Source of the DNA: an uncultured delta proteobacterium
GTDB lineage: Bacteria > Desulfobacterota > Desulfobaccia > Desulfobaccales > 0-14-0-80-60-11
Length of the DNA: 64,000 nucleotides
Direction: 5' to 3'
NCBI GenBank assembly: GCA_963768765.1
Contig: CAVYJK010000033.1
Location: 329-64,328 of the forward strand
The position numbers and the translations under genes were made by a program. Below are positions 9,651-19,993 of the stretch, in pieces. The notes beneath the pieces were generated by a model. It was not told the DNA's origin. It worked only from the letters and a program-made list of their open reading frames with translations, and made no database searches. Each line of letters opens with the position of its first letter. Position 1 is the first letter of the stretch.

Positions 9651-11728
9651 TCACAATCCCATCAAGTATCGCTTCAGGCGCCAGCGGCGCCACCAGCGCT
9701 GCAGGGAGCCGGGGGGCGGCGCGGCTGTCGCCGTACGCCATTCGGGATTGAACAGGAGCTCCAGCACGTGCAGGGCCGGGCGCCCGGCCCCTTTGAGGCG
9801 AGCCCGGCAGGTGGCGCAGTAAGTGACCAAATCCCGGGTGGCCTCGGAGAGGCGGAAATCCGTCATCTTCCGGGCCAAAACCGGGTTCACCGCGGGCACC
9901 ATGCCGCCGGAGCCGCAGCAGATGCTGCGCTCCCGGCTGTGAGCCATCTCTTCGAAGCGGTGGCCCGCCGCGGCCACCAGGCGGCGCACTGAGTCGTGGA
10001 TGTGGGGGCTCTGTCGGGCCCCGCAGGCGTCGTGGATGTTAAAAATCCCGGCGGCGGCTTCAACCCCTGGGGGCAGGCCCATTTCCAGCATCACTTCATA
10101 GAGGGAGCGGGTCTTGATTTCCGGCAGGTACTCGCCGATGGTGTGGAGGCAGTGGGTGCAGGCCGCGATGAGCTCTCCCGCCCCCAGCCGCGCCAGTTCC
10201 CCGGCCACATTTTTTAACACCCGGTGGAGCACGTCCTGTTCTCCCAGCAGCTGGCTGGGGGCGCCGCAGCAGTTGAGCATGACGCCGGTGTCCGGCAGCC
10301 TCTCCCGGAGATAAGCATAGGCGGCCTTCACCAGGTGCGGGCTGTGGCCGGGGAGAGAGCAGCCCGGGAAGAATACCCGCGCCGCCCGGCCCGTGGCCGG
10401 GTCCGGCCGGCTCAGGGTGAAGGCGGGGGAGGTGCCCCATTTCACGTAATTTTGGATGCCCTTGTGTGGGGCGAGCGGCCCCCGGCCGCCGGCCACCAGG
10501 CGCTGCCGGTAGTCCAGACAGACCTGGCCGGCGTGCAAATCTTTGGGGCACACGGCCTGGCACAGCCCGCAGTAGTGACAGGAGTAGGGGATAAGGGGGT
10601 CAGTTAGGCCCCGCACCGCCAGGAGCCGGACCATCTCTTTTTCCGTGTAAGGGAAATGCTGGAGGTAATGCTGTAAAAAGGTGCAGTTCCTGACGCATTG
10701 GGAGCAGACGCAACTGAGGCAGCGGGCCGCCTCTGCCTGCGCCCCGGCCTGGCTTAGGCCCAGTTCCGTTTCGGAGGCGGGTTGGGCCAGGCGCACCTCC
10801 AGGGGAAGTTGGTCCCCCCCGGCCCGGGGCGCGGGGGCCACGCCGGTGGTGTCCACCACCAGGTTGGTGGTGCGGCTCGTAAGGGGCGGCAAATTTTCCG
10901 GCAGGGCTTCCTGCTGCAAGCAAGCGTGGATGGCCAGGGCCGCCCGCCGGCCCGCGGCAAAGGCCGCCACCGCGGTGCGAGGCCCGGTCACCAGGTCGCC
11001 GCCGGCAAAGACGCCGGGGGTCCGGGTCTCCAGGGTGTCGGGGTCCGCTTCCAGGCGGCGGCCGTGGGCGGTGTCGAAGGCCAGGCCCGGGCCGAAGAAG
11101 TTGAAATCCGCGGTCTGGCCCACGGCCAAAACCACGGCGTCGGCCTCCACGGTGCTGAGCCGGTCCTCCAGGTAGGCAGGGGCAAAGCGGCCTTCGTCGT
11201 CGAAGAGCCGCGCCACCGCCTTGAGCATGACGCCGCTGACCCTGCCGTCCTGTCCCAAGATCTGCTTCACCCCCCAGCGGTGGCGGAAGTCGATGCCTTC
11301 CAACCGGGCCTCGCTGATCTCTTCCGGAGAGGCAGGCATCTCTTCCGGGGCCTCCAGGCAGACCACCGTGACCTGGGCGGCCCCCCAGCGCCGGGCGCTG
11401 CGGGCCACGTCCACGGCCACGTTCCCCCCGCCCACCACCGCCACCCGGGGGCCCAGGTTGAGGGCCGCCCCGGAGTTGGCGGCCCGCAGGAAATCGAGGC
11501 CGTAGTAAACCTGGGGGCGCAGATGCGGCCCAGGATGCCGGGGAAGGGGCAGCGCTCCAGGACCACCGCCAGGGCCTCGGCCAGGTTGCCTTCCTTAAGG
11601 AAGCGGATTTTCTCCCGCACCCGGATGTCCAGAGGGCAGGCGGCCTGGCAAGGGGGCAGCTCTTCGCCGATGCACTCCGCCAGGATCTTGTCCGACCAGT
11701 TGATAGTTGCATCATTTTTAACGGACAT
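9651..11728 (-). pseudogene. GltD-like FAD/Fe-S oxidoreductase fused to 4Fe-4S and CCG domains; internally deleted/frameshifted near 11510
   Basis: PCQAACP...GRIC joined out of frame directly to VYYGLDFL..VAVVGGGNVA; later VFAGGD, CHYCGLCQAVCP, FFPGC, CCG motifs; first FAD-binding segment missing. Confidence 0.7.
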
Positions 11729-11922
11729 AAAATCTTTTTAGTGTAGCCACCGGCTTACCGTAAAAGTCACCTGTTACCAAAGACAAATCTTCTCTGGAAT
11801 TCGTAAGGGCGGGGGACCCCCGCCTCGCGGTAGCGTGGTTCATTATGGTTTAATCTGCGCCAATTATGAGAAGCGGCATTAACCCGGGTTTCAATCCGAA
11901 GCTGCAAACTTGGGGGCGTTTT

Positions 11923-12462
11923 TCATCTGGTTCTCACCACGAAATTCTGGGTGGCGCGGATCTGGTCATCCAGGACGCCCACCCCCACCCCCAGATGGGT
12001 ATACTCGGGATTGAGGATATTGGCCCGGTGTCCCGGCGAGGTCATCCAACTGTCCACGATGACCCGGGCGATGAGCTTGCTGTCGGAGTAATCCTGGCCC
12101 TTGCCGCCCCAGATGTTTTCTCCGGCCCGGGAGATGAAGTTGGAGTAGACCGGGGCGATGCGGTCCTTGGGGGAGGCCCCGTCCGGGTTCACATGGCTGA
12201 AGAAGTTGCGCCGCAGCATGTCGTCGGTGTGCAGGCGGGCGATTTCCACCAGGCCTTCGTCCCGGTCCAGGGACGGCAAGCCTTTCTTGCGGCGCTCCTC
12301 GTTGGTGAGGCGATAGATGCGGCGTTCCACTTCTTTCAGGTGCTGGATGCGGACGCCCCGCGGCTTGGCCGAGATGCGCAGCTGGCCCCGGGCCGGGGCC
12401 AGGGAGAAGGAGAGTGCCAGCAAGACAGCCAATCCCAACGCCAGCTTTCGGCCCCCGGCCAT
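11923..12462 (-). CDS. Secreted CAP/SCP domain protein
   Basis: Signal peptide; TNEERR, FFSH, GENI, WMTSPGHRANIL. Confidence 0.92.
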   Translation of the reverse strand: MAGGRKLALGLAVLLALSFSLAPARGQLRISAKPRGVRIQHLKEVERRIYRLTNEERRKKGLPSLDRDEGLVEIARLHTDDMLRRNFFSHVNPDGASPKDRIAPVYSNFISRAGENIWGGKGQDYSDSKLIARVIVDSWMTSPGHRANILNPEYTHLGVGVGVLDDQIRATQNFVVRTR

Positions 12463-12545
12463 TCTACTTCCTCCAAAAGAATTTGGGGGAGGCCCGGGCA
12501 CGCTCAGCCACAGCCCGGCCCTCCCCCAAAATTTTATCATCTCTG

Positions 12546-12830
12546 TTAGAGCTTGACAAACTTCTGGGCCAGTTTTTCCCGGGCGCACCGGAGGCAGAGG
12601 CGCCGCAGCACCTGTTTGCCCACGGGGGCCCGGGCCGGAGCCACGGGAGCGCCGCATCTCCGGCACTTGAGGGTCTCCAGCCGGTTCAACACCGTGCCGC
12701 AGAGGCGGACTTCACGATTATCCTGGCCTTCGATATAATCAATGGCCCCGGTGGGGCAGACGGGCACGCACCAGGGGTCGGAACAATGGAAACACGGCAT
12801 GAAGACAAAGCCCATGCGGGGCAGGCCGCC
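12546..12830 (-). pseudogene. Fe-S protein remnant/chimera
   Basis: FMPCFHCSDPWCVPVCPTGAI (DmsB/FdhB-type cluster motif lacking its N-terminus) followed by CRRCG..LCLRC; no credible start. Confidence 0.55.
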
Positions 12831-12949
12831 ACTATTTTGGGGTATGAATGCCAAAGGGGGGTTTGCCACCGTGCTCCGGGCAAGACAAAAAAGCGGCCGC
12901 ACCGCTCAGGGTTCGGCCGCCATTTGCTATTTCCAACAACCAGGCCGGT

Positions 12950-13777
12950 TCATACCGCTTCGTACTTGAACAGGGGGCAACCCTTACAGACATCCATGCC
13001 CGGCCACGGTTCGCCGCCTTTACCCAGGACGGAAGGACCGCCCATCTCGGTAACGCGCTTCAGCAATTGGGCGGCGCTGTCCTTGATTTGCGTTCCGGGG
13101 ATAAAGAGATTCATCATGGACATATCACTTTTGCCCGAAGTTTTACTTCCGGCGCACATGGTAGTCAGGTTGGCCGTTTTGTGGTTAAAGGCCCATACCG
13201 AACCGGAGCACACAGCCGAATTAGGGGTATGATTAAAGGTGAGACTGCTGCGGCCGGTGGCGGCCATGTAGTCGTTGAGGACGTGGTACGCCTGATAGGG
13301 CAGCAGCATAAAAAAGACGATATCCGGGTCGATCCCCGACTCGTCAAACATGGCCAGGGGCGCGGTATAGATGCCGTAGCACTTCCCCAGGGGGAGTTTG
13401 GCTTTGCCCTGGGGCGCTTGCCAGGCCAGTTCCTCGTTCCGCAGATATTTCATGTGCCGTTTGGTGTCTTTTTCCTTGTCCAACTCCCGGAAGCCGAACA
13501 CCGGTTCGGCATTTTCGCACAACAGCATGTTAGCGGGCATGTACATGGCCTTATGCCCGCCCCGGGCCATGGCCAGGTGTTGGCAATAGGTCAGTCTGGC
13601 CTTGGCTTTGGCGTTGATTTTGTACTTGGAGATTTCGGCCTCGTCCGCACAGAATTTGATGCCCACCGGATCAAAATCCACCCGGATATAGTAGATGTAA
13701 GTGTCCGCCACGTCCGTATAAGTAAGGTGGTCCTTGCTCTTCGCGGCAATCGCGGCCATGCTTTCTTTCAGTCCCAT
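12950..13777 (-). CDS. DUF169 family protein
   Basis: DPVGIKF, TYCQ, LLC, PDIV, AVCSGS, MCAGSK pattern; SD GAAGGAG. Confidence 0.8.
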   Translation of the reverse strand: MGLKESMAAIAAKSKDHLTYTDVADTYIYYIRVDFDPVGIKFCADEAEISKYKINAKAKARLTYCQHLAMARGGHKAMYMPANMLLCENAEPVFGFRELDKEKDTKRHMKYLRNEELAWQAPQGKAKLPLGKCYGIYTAPLAMFDESGIDPDIVFFMLLPYQAYHVLNDYMAATGRSSLTFNHTPNSAVCSGSVWAFNHKTANLTTMCAGSKTSGKSDMSMMNLFIPGTQIKDSAAQLLKRVTEMGGPSVLGKGGEPWPGMDVCKGCPLFKYEAV

Positions 13778-13830
13778 TCGTATTCTCCTTCATGTCTCTG
13801 CATTGCATTAGGTTGAAATCTTCTCCGCTC

Positions 13831-14421
13831 TTATAGTTTCTGGTCGGCGGCCGGGGGCAACCCATCGAGTAGGCCCTTCGCTTCCCGGGGGGTCTCGGTA
13901 TAACTGTCCAGGATCACTTTGATCCCGCGGAAATGCGATAGTTTGCGCTTAATTTTCTTGAACAGGATATAGACCGGGATATAGAGCAGGATGAAGACCC
14001 CGATGTACCCCAAGGGGTAGCCGATGTATGGGATGGGGAACTCCAGTTCGAAGAAACGATACTGCATCCAGCCCAAGAAGAAGAAAATGGGCCAGAAAAA
14101 CGTCGCCGAAAGAGCCAACTGCATGAAGAAAGACTTGCTGAAGGCCTCGTTGGCCAGCTTGTTGGCTGCCTCATAGGCCGGCCTGTCCCCTGTCTTCAAG
14201 GCCTCCATGGACAACTCCTGGTATTTCTTGGCTTCGCCGGCTACCTCCTGGAAGCGGCGCCGCACCAGGAAAGACGCCAGGAAGGAGGTGAACTCCCCCA
14301 GCAGCAGGGCCAGAAGAGCCACCACCAAGGTGCCCAGGAGAAAATTCAACCATGCCTGGCCGGTCAGTCGGAAAAACCAGATTAAGTACGGATCCAGAAG
14401 GAGGTAGGGTTGCATTTCCAT
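13831..14421 (-). CDS. Hypothetical membrane protein (TSUP-operon associated)
   Basis: Three hydrophobic segments; 'YEAANKLANEAF' linker. Confidence 0.65.
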   Translation of the reverse strand: MEMQPYLLLDPYLIWFFRLTGQAWLNFLLGTLVVALLALLLGEFTSFLASFLVRRRFQEVAGEAKKYQELSMEALKTGDRPAYEAANKLANEAFSKSFFMQLALSATFFWPIFFFLGWMQYRFFELEFPIPYIGYPLGYIGVFILLYIPVYILFKKIKRKLSHFRGIKVILDSYTETPREAKGLLDGLPPAADQKL

Positions 14422-14487
14422 GCCCGCCTGAGAGGAAGAGGGGACCATACCAAGCCGGCCCCTCTCTCCCCTTTGGATTGTTTACTC

Positions 14488-15657
14488 CTACATTCCCGGT
14501 AAAATAGAATGACCCATGAAGCCCTTGGTCAGATAACCGATGCCCACGTACACCGCCAGGACCACGAAGATGCGCTTCAGCCAAATATCGGGGATCTTCT
14601 TGGAGGTGACCGGACCGAGGACGGAGCCGATGGCGATGCCGATCAGTTCGGTGCTGATCAGGATAAAATCCACGGGCACCTGCCGCATCACCATCATGTT
14701 GAAGATGTTAAGCGACCATGCCCACCAGCACCGCCAGGGCCGAGGTGCCGGCCACGATGAACATGGGCAGGCCGGCCACGGAGGTGAGGAAGGGCACGTA
14801 GAGGAAGCCGCCCCCCACCCCGATAAAGGCTGAGATGCCGTTGATGACAAAGCCGCCCAGAAGGGGCCAGATGGGATTAAAGGAGAATTCCTGGCCATAA
14901 AAAGTAAAAGCGATTCTGGAGAGGCCCCAATGCGTGACCTGCACCCCTTTGGCATGCTCAGCGCTCACCTGGGTGGATTTCTTGATATGGGCATCTTCAA
15001 AGGCCTTGGCCGCGGCCTTGGCCGCCTTCTTTTTCTCCTGGCCCTCGGGAGTGGTTTCATAGAAGAGCACGAAGGCTACGGCAAAGACGATGATCCCGAA
15101 AAAACCGACGTAGAGGCTGACATTCATTTTGCCGACGGTAAGCAGGGGGATCAGGTAGCCGGCGAGGATGCCGCCGACCGCCAGACATAAGCCCAGGGGG
15201 AGCACCAGCCGTCCCATGCGGTAATAGGTGAGGGAAGAAATCAAGGCCGACAATCCCACCAGATACTGGTTGCTGGTGCGAATGGAGTCGGTCAGCATCT
15301 TGTTCAAGGTGGGACTGGTTTTCTTGAAGACTCCTGCCATAGTCCGACAGCCCGAAGACGGTGATGTGGCCCACCCCGGCCATGATGCCGCCGAAGGCGC
15401 CCACCGAGGAGAAGATCCAGCCGACCCAGATGCCCCACAGGATGTAAAACAGGAAGAAATGATGGGGCGCTCCGGGAATCCCCATGAAGCCCTTGGGGGC
15501 GTCGGGATGGATCATACCCGGGCCGGTCGCCCACCGGGGTCTTGGCGATGGCCTCCTCCAGCTTGCCGGCGAAGGAAGGCGCCGCGAGCACCAGGGTGGC
15601 GGCCACAATAACGATTAGGATGACAATGAAGCCAATGATTAAGTAACGTTTTCTCAT
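14488..15657 (-). CDS. TSUP (TauE/SafE) permease, split by ~3 frameshifts
   Basis: Contiguous fragments: SSVGAFGGIMAGVGH, GVGGGFLYVP, AGTS; breaks near 15500, 15340, 14710; SD AGGAGG. Confidence 0.8.
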
Positions 15658-15741
15658 GAAAACCTCCTGAATCAATATGATGCAATTATTATGGCAATGA
15701 GCAAATTACCCTGCTTTATCGCAGCAAATTCAGGTGATAGT

Positions 15742-16218
15742 CTAGGGAAGACCCCGTTCCATCAAGTCCAGGAAGTCAACCTTTTTCAGAGGCTTGGCTC
15801 CCAGCACCCGGAAGAGCAGCACCGGCATGGGGGCATGGCTCACCACCTTCTCGGCGACGCTGCCCAGGACCCAGGCCACCTCGCCCATACCGTGGGTGGC
15901 CATGGCGATAAGGTCCATGCCCTTTTCATCGGCGTACGAGATGATCTCCCGGGCCGGCTCTCCCTTGACGCAGGCGACCTCAACCTTTAGGCCTTGAGCC
16001 TGCAGCTCTTTGGCGGCTGTGGCCACCAGCGATTCGCACTTCTGAGACTCGCCTTCAATGAACTTTGCAACTTCCTCCGAGGTGGGTTTACCCCAGTCAG
16101 GGTGCACATTCAGCAAGGTAACCCGGGCATCCTGGGTCTTGGCCAGGTCTATCACCTGGGGGAAAACCCTGGTTGCTAATTCGGAGCCATCCAAAGGAAC
16201 CAGAATTTTTTTAAACAT
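15742..16218 (-). CDS. Universal stress protein
   Basis: KILVPLDGS, DLIAMATHG, LGSVAEKVV. Confidence 0.93.
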   Translation of the reverse strand: MFKKILVPLDGSELATRVFPQVIDLAKTQDARVTLLNVHPDWGKPTSEEVAKFIEGESQKCESLVATAAKELQAQGLKVEVACVKGEPAREIISYADEKGMDLIAMATHGMGEVAWVLGSVAEKVVSHAPMPVLLFRVLGAKPLKKVDFLDLMERGLP

Positions 16219-16289
16219 TGATTCACCTCCTTCCCATTTTTTGCCTCAACCGTAATCCGATCACCTCATAAAGTCCACGGGATTCTGGG

Positions 16290-16306
16290 AGCAAAAAACT
16301 TGCCAA
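16290..16306 (-). promoter_or_regulatory. sigma54 -24/-12 promoter for the USP-TSUP operon
   Basis: Minus strand TTGGCAAGTTTTTTGCT (GG-N10-GC), ~70 bp upstream of the USP ATG. Confidence 0.8.
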
Positions 16307-16566
16307 AATTAAAAATATGGCAACTATTTGTATATATCGGAAATTGCTCGGAAAATTATCTGCCCCAGGGCTTGTCTGGGGATTTGTTAATTGTTTATCC
16401 TTAACAGGTGTTAGCGCGCAACTGTTAACCTTAACCTTTAGCGCCCCTGGGATTATGGGGCCAAGGCCAACTGCCGGCAACGACCCAAACTCAAAGGAAG
16501 GGAAAAGAATGGCTGAGAGACTTATATTCATAAGCTGTGGGCAGCAGACACCTGTGGAGAAGAATC

Positions 16567-16632
16567 TCGGTACCACGGCGCCAAGCGAAGCTTGGCGCCC
16601 AGATGGGTCCTCAAGCAGGAGCTTGGGGACGA
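16567..16632. repeat. Palindromic REP-like element (CTCG..CCAAGC..GCTTGG..CGAG type)
   Basis: ggcgccaagcgaagcttggcgcc and caagcaggagcttggggacgag hairpins. Confidence 0.55.
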
Positions 16633-16653
16633 GAAACCTCAATCAACTTGGGA

Positions 16654-17631
16654 TTACTTGGCTGGGCCGGGGAAGCCGGTGGCCACCGGCTCGCCGCTGC
16701 GGCTCCACTGGATCCAGGAGCCGGCGTAAACGTGCAGCTTATCCAGGGGGTAGCCCGCCAGATAGAGGCTCATCAGGGTGTAAGTGGCGCTCAGGTCCGT
16801 GTGCCCGTAAAGGTAAATGTCCTTATCCGGGGTGACGCCCCGGCCTTCATAGAGCCGCCTGATCTCCTGGGCGCTCTTCCAGCACCCCTTGTCAGGGCCT
16901 TCCTTAACCCGGGCCTCCCCCCAATAGACCCAGACGGCCCCGGGAATGTGGCCCCGCCGGGCGGCCCCTTCCTTGGTCCGCTCCCCCAGGTACAGGTCTT
17001 GGGAGCGCACGTCTAAAATGACGCTCCCGGGGGCAGAGAGCGCCGCCTTGACCTGCTCCAGGTCGGCCAGCAGGAACTTCCGGCTGGGCGCCGGGAACTT
17101 GAACGTGGTCGGCTTCGGCCGGGGCGAGGTGAGCTGGGTGGGATAACCTTTTCCTTTCCAGGCCTCCAGGCCGCCGTCCAGCAGCTTCAGCTGCTCCAGG
17201 GGAAAGCCGTAATAGGCCAGGATCCACCATAGATGGGTGTGGTCGCACTGGTCGGAGTAGATCACCAGGGTGTTCTTGGGGCCGATTCCCAGGCGGCCCA
17301 GGAGTCTTTCCATCTGGGCCCGGGGGGCCGGCATCCCCGGCCAGGGTTGTTCCCGGTCCGCGGTCTCCGGGCGCCAGACCTGGATGGCCCCGGGAATGTG
17401 ACCCAGGTAATACTTGGCCTTGTGCCGAAAATCGATGATGCGGAGATGCGGGTCTTTCTTATCCAGGAGGGCCTTGAGTTCCTCGGCCCGGATCAGGATT
17501 CCGGGGAGGGCGTCGCCCTCCTGGGGCACCGCATGGGTACCGGCAGCCAGGGCCAGGCTCCAGGCCAGGGCCAGGATCAACGGCCCGAGCCACCACCGCC
17601 GGCCCAAGCCTTTAGAGTTCAAGGGGCCCAC
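16654..17631 (-). CDS. Exported tandem-domain rhodanese/sulfurtransferase-like protein
   Basis: GHIPGA twice, LLDGG, YAGSWIQW; signal peptide; canonical catalytic Cys absent (YGHTD). Confidence 0.85.
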   Translation of the reverse strand: MGPLNSKGLGRRWWLGPLILALAWSLALAAGTHAVPQEGDALPGILIRAEELKALLDKKDPHLRIIDFRHKAKYYLGHIPGAIQVWRPETADREQPWPGMPAPRAQMERLLGRLGIGPKNTLVIYSDQCDHTHLWWILAYYGFPLEQLKLLDGGLEAWKGKGYPTQLTSPRPKPTTFKFPAPSRKFLLADLEQVKAALSAPGSVILDVRSQDLYLGERTKEGAARRGHIPGAVWVYWGEARVKEGPDKGCWKSAQEIRRLYEGRGVTPDKDIYLYGHTDLSATYTLMSLYLAGYPLDKLHVYAGSWIQWSRSGEPVATGFPGPAK

Positions 17632-18325
17632 CTTCCTTGGCCTTCATCTTTTTATAAATCACCGGGATGAGGCTCACGAGGGCCACCAGAATCACCCCGA
17701 TGACCAGACCTGGAGAAATGTTGCCTTTGACGAGATCCAGAATGTGGCTGGAGAAATAGACAAAGGCAATGGTCCAGGGGAGCATGGCAAAAAAAGTGGC
17801 CACCGCGTAGGCCGCCAGCGAAATGCGGGTGAGCCCGAAGGCGTAGTTGAGCAGAAAGTAGGGGAAAACCGGGATCAGCCGGGTGAAGGCCACGATCTTC
17901 CAGCCGTGCCGGGCCACCTTGTCGTCCAGGGCCGCGAGTTTGGTGCCGCGGAGCTTGGACCCCACCCAGTCCCGGGCCAGATAACGGGCGGTCAGAAAGG
18001 CCAGGGAGGCTCCCACGGTGGCCCCGAAGCCGGTGTAGACCACCCCCCAGAAGGGGCCGAACAAAACCCCTCCGGCCAGGGTGATGGGCAGGCCCGGCAG
18101 AAACAAGGCCGGGGCCAGCGACCAGACCGTGAGATAGATAATGGGTCCCCAGATCCCGTAGGAAGCGATGAATTGCCGCAGGCGCTGCTCTTCAAAGTAA
18201 TCCTGCAGATGGAAGAGGCGCACCGCCAGGATGATGGCCGCCAGCAATGAAAGAAAGATCAGGGGGCGGATGATGCCGGCCTTCTTGGAATCCTGGACCG
18301 TATCTATTTCGGGGCCCTCAGCCAT
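17612..18325 (-). CDS. TVP38/TMEM64 (VTT domain) membrane protein
   Basis: LPGLPITLAGGVLFG, RLIPVFPYFLLNYAFG. Confidence 0.9.
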   Translation of the reverse strand: MAEGPEIDTVQDSKKAGIIRPLIFLSLLAAIILAVRLFHLQDYFEEQRLRQFIASYGIWGPIIYLTVWSLAPALFLPGLPITLAGGVLFGPFWGVVYTGFGATVGASLAFLTARYLARDWVGSKLRGTKLAALDDKVARHGWKIVAFTRLIPVFPYFLLNYAFGLTRISLAAYAVATFFAMLPWTIAFVYFSSHILDLVKGNISPGLVIGVILVALVSLIPVIYKKMKAKEGGPLEL

Positions 18326-19059
18326 TGGGTTTCAATCCTCCTGATAATGCTGCTTCGCTTCCGGTAAGACCGGCCGGTGTGCCTCCGGCCGCCTGGGCGA
18401 TTAACTGCCGGGCCAGGACCTCGCTGCGCCAGCCCGGCCCCGGGGCCGGGTGCGGCCGTTTCAGGAAAGAGACAAGGCCGTCGAAGTCGTCGATGTCTGG
18501 CCACTCCGGCAGCAGACGAACCGTCAGGGATAATCGCCGGGCCTGCTTCAGGGTGTCTTTAAGGACCACGGCGCCGGACCACACCAGGTCGCGGAAAAGT
18601 TCTGGATGGGGGGCTCTCAGCCCCACCAGGTAATAACCGCCGTCGGGAGAGGGGCCCAGCACCACCTGCGCCGCCCCGGCCACCAGGACTTTCTCCCCCT
18701 GCCAGCACCACGGAGCCGGGAAGATCCGGAGTGTCGCTGCCCCGCAGCAAGACGGGGTCGAAGCCGGCGGCGAAGCCCCAATCAAAGGCGCGGGCCATCC
18801 GCTCCCCCAGGTCCGCCCCCTCCTGGGGCAAGAGGCTGACGGAGGCGGGAACCAGGCCGTTAAAATAGGCCTGGGCCCCGGCCGGGCTGTAGGCCAGGGC
18901 CAGGCGCAGCCTCGTTAGCCGGCCCATCTCCTCCAGGATGTCGGTGAGAAAACAACGGTAGAGGCGGGCCGCGGCCTCCGGGCCCAAGGGCGGGCAAAGC
19001 CTCGTTTTTACTTGCCCCGGCACCGGTTCTTTGGCAAAAATGATCAGCAAGGTGGCCAT
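18318..19059 (-). CDS. TIGR04282/DUF2064 glycosyltransferase-like protein; frameshift near 18700
   Basis: FAKEPVPGQVKTRL, QEGADLGERM, GSDTPDL, then VLGPSPDGGYYLVG, DIDDFD in the next frame. Confidence 0.85.
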
Positions 19060-19806
19060 GTGGTGAACAGTGAACCTAAATTTTGGCAGCCGGCAGACCA
19101 GGACCGGGAATCTCCCGCTCCCGGCGCCAGGCCGGCAATCTCCATTATCGTGCCGGTGCTGAACGAGGCCCCGGTGCTGGCCGAAACCCTGGCCGGGCTC
19201 CCCGTCGCCCCGGACCTGGAGGTCATCGTGGTGGACGGCGGCAGCACCGACGGCTCCTTGGAAGTGGCGGCTACTTTTGCCCACCTGCGGCGCCTCACGG
19301 CCCCCCGGGGCCGGGGGGCGCAGATGAACGCCGGGGCCGCCGCGGCGCAGGGAGAAATCCTGGCCTTCCTGCACGCCGATACCCTTCTCGGCCCGCCTCA
19401 CCTGGCTGCTTTAAGACGGGCCGCCCGAGACCCCGCCTTCGCCGCCGGGGCCTTTAAACTGGACCTGAGCCCCCCCAGGCGGCCCCTCAAGCTCATCGCC
19501 TGGGGCGCCAACCTGCGCGGCCGCCTCTTGGGCCTCCCCTACGGCGACCAGGTCCTCATCCTGCGGCGGCACCTGTTTTATACCCTGGGCGGGTTTGCCC
19601 ACCGCCGGCCGGAAGACCTGGACCTGGTGATCCGGGCGAGGCGCTTCACCCGCTTGCAACTCCTGGCCCCGCCGGTGGCCAGCTCCGGACGACGCTGGCT
19701 CCGGGGCGGCTATTTTTTCACCACCTGCAAAAACTGGCTCGCTTTGGCCCGCCACCTGGCGGAACGCACCTTCACCCACCGCTGGCCGCGAGGGGGGAGT
19801 TGGTGA
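19060..19806 (+). CDS. TIGR04283-type GT2 glycosyltransferase
   Basis: ISIIVPVLNE, VVDGGSTD, GRGAQMNAGA, FLHADT, YGDQ, SGRRW; GTG start inferred. Confidence 0.88.
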   Translation: MVNSEPKFWQPADQDRESPAPGARPAISIIVPVLNEAPVLAETLAGLPVAPDLEVIVVDGGSTDGSLEVAATFAHLRRLTAPRGRGAQMNAGAAAAQGEILAFLHADTLLGPPHLAALRRAARDPAFAAGAFKLDLSPPRRPLKLIAWGANLRGRLLGLPYGDQVLILRRHLFYTLGGFAHRRPEDLDLVIRARRFTRLQLLAPPVASSGRRWLRGGYFFTTCKNWLALARHLAERTFTHRWPRGGSW

Positions 19807-19807
19807 T

Positions 19808-19990
19808 TGGGGGAGGGGGCCAGGGGTCCGCGACCACTTACATCCCTCCCCCAAACCCCCACCCCCTTAAGTTTTTTTCTTTGAAGCTGGGAAGTCGGGG
19901 CCTTCAGGCCCCGCCTTCCCAGCGCCTTATGCGGGTTGGGAGGGGGTCTGGGGGAGGGCAGGGACCTTCGGTCCCTGCCCTCCCCCAGTA
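19808..19990. repeat. G/C-rich palindromic intergenic repeat family (GGGGGAGGG..CCCTCCCCC)
   Basis: Two hairpins here; related copies at ~9585-9650, 12481-12532, 24684-24770, 29004-29192, 35413-35441. Confidence 0.6.
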
Positions 19991-19993
19991 TCC

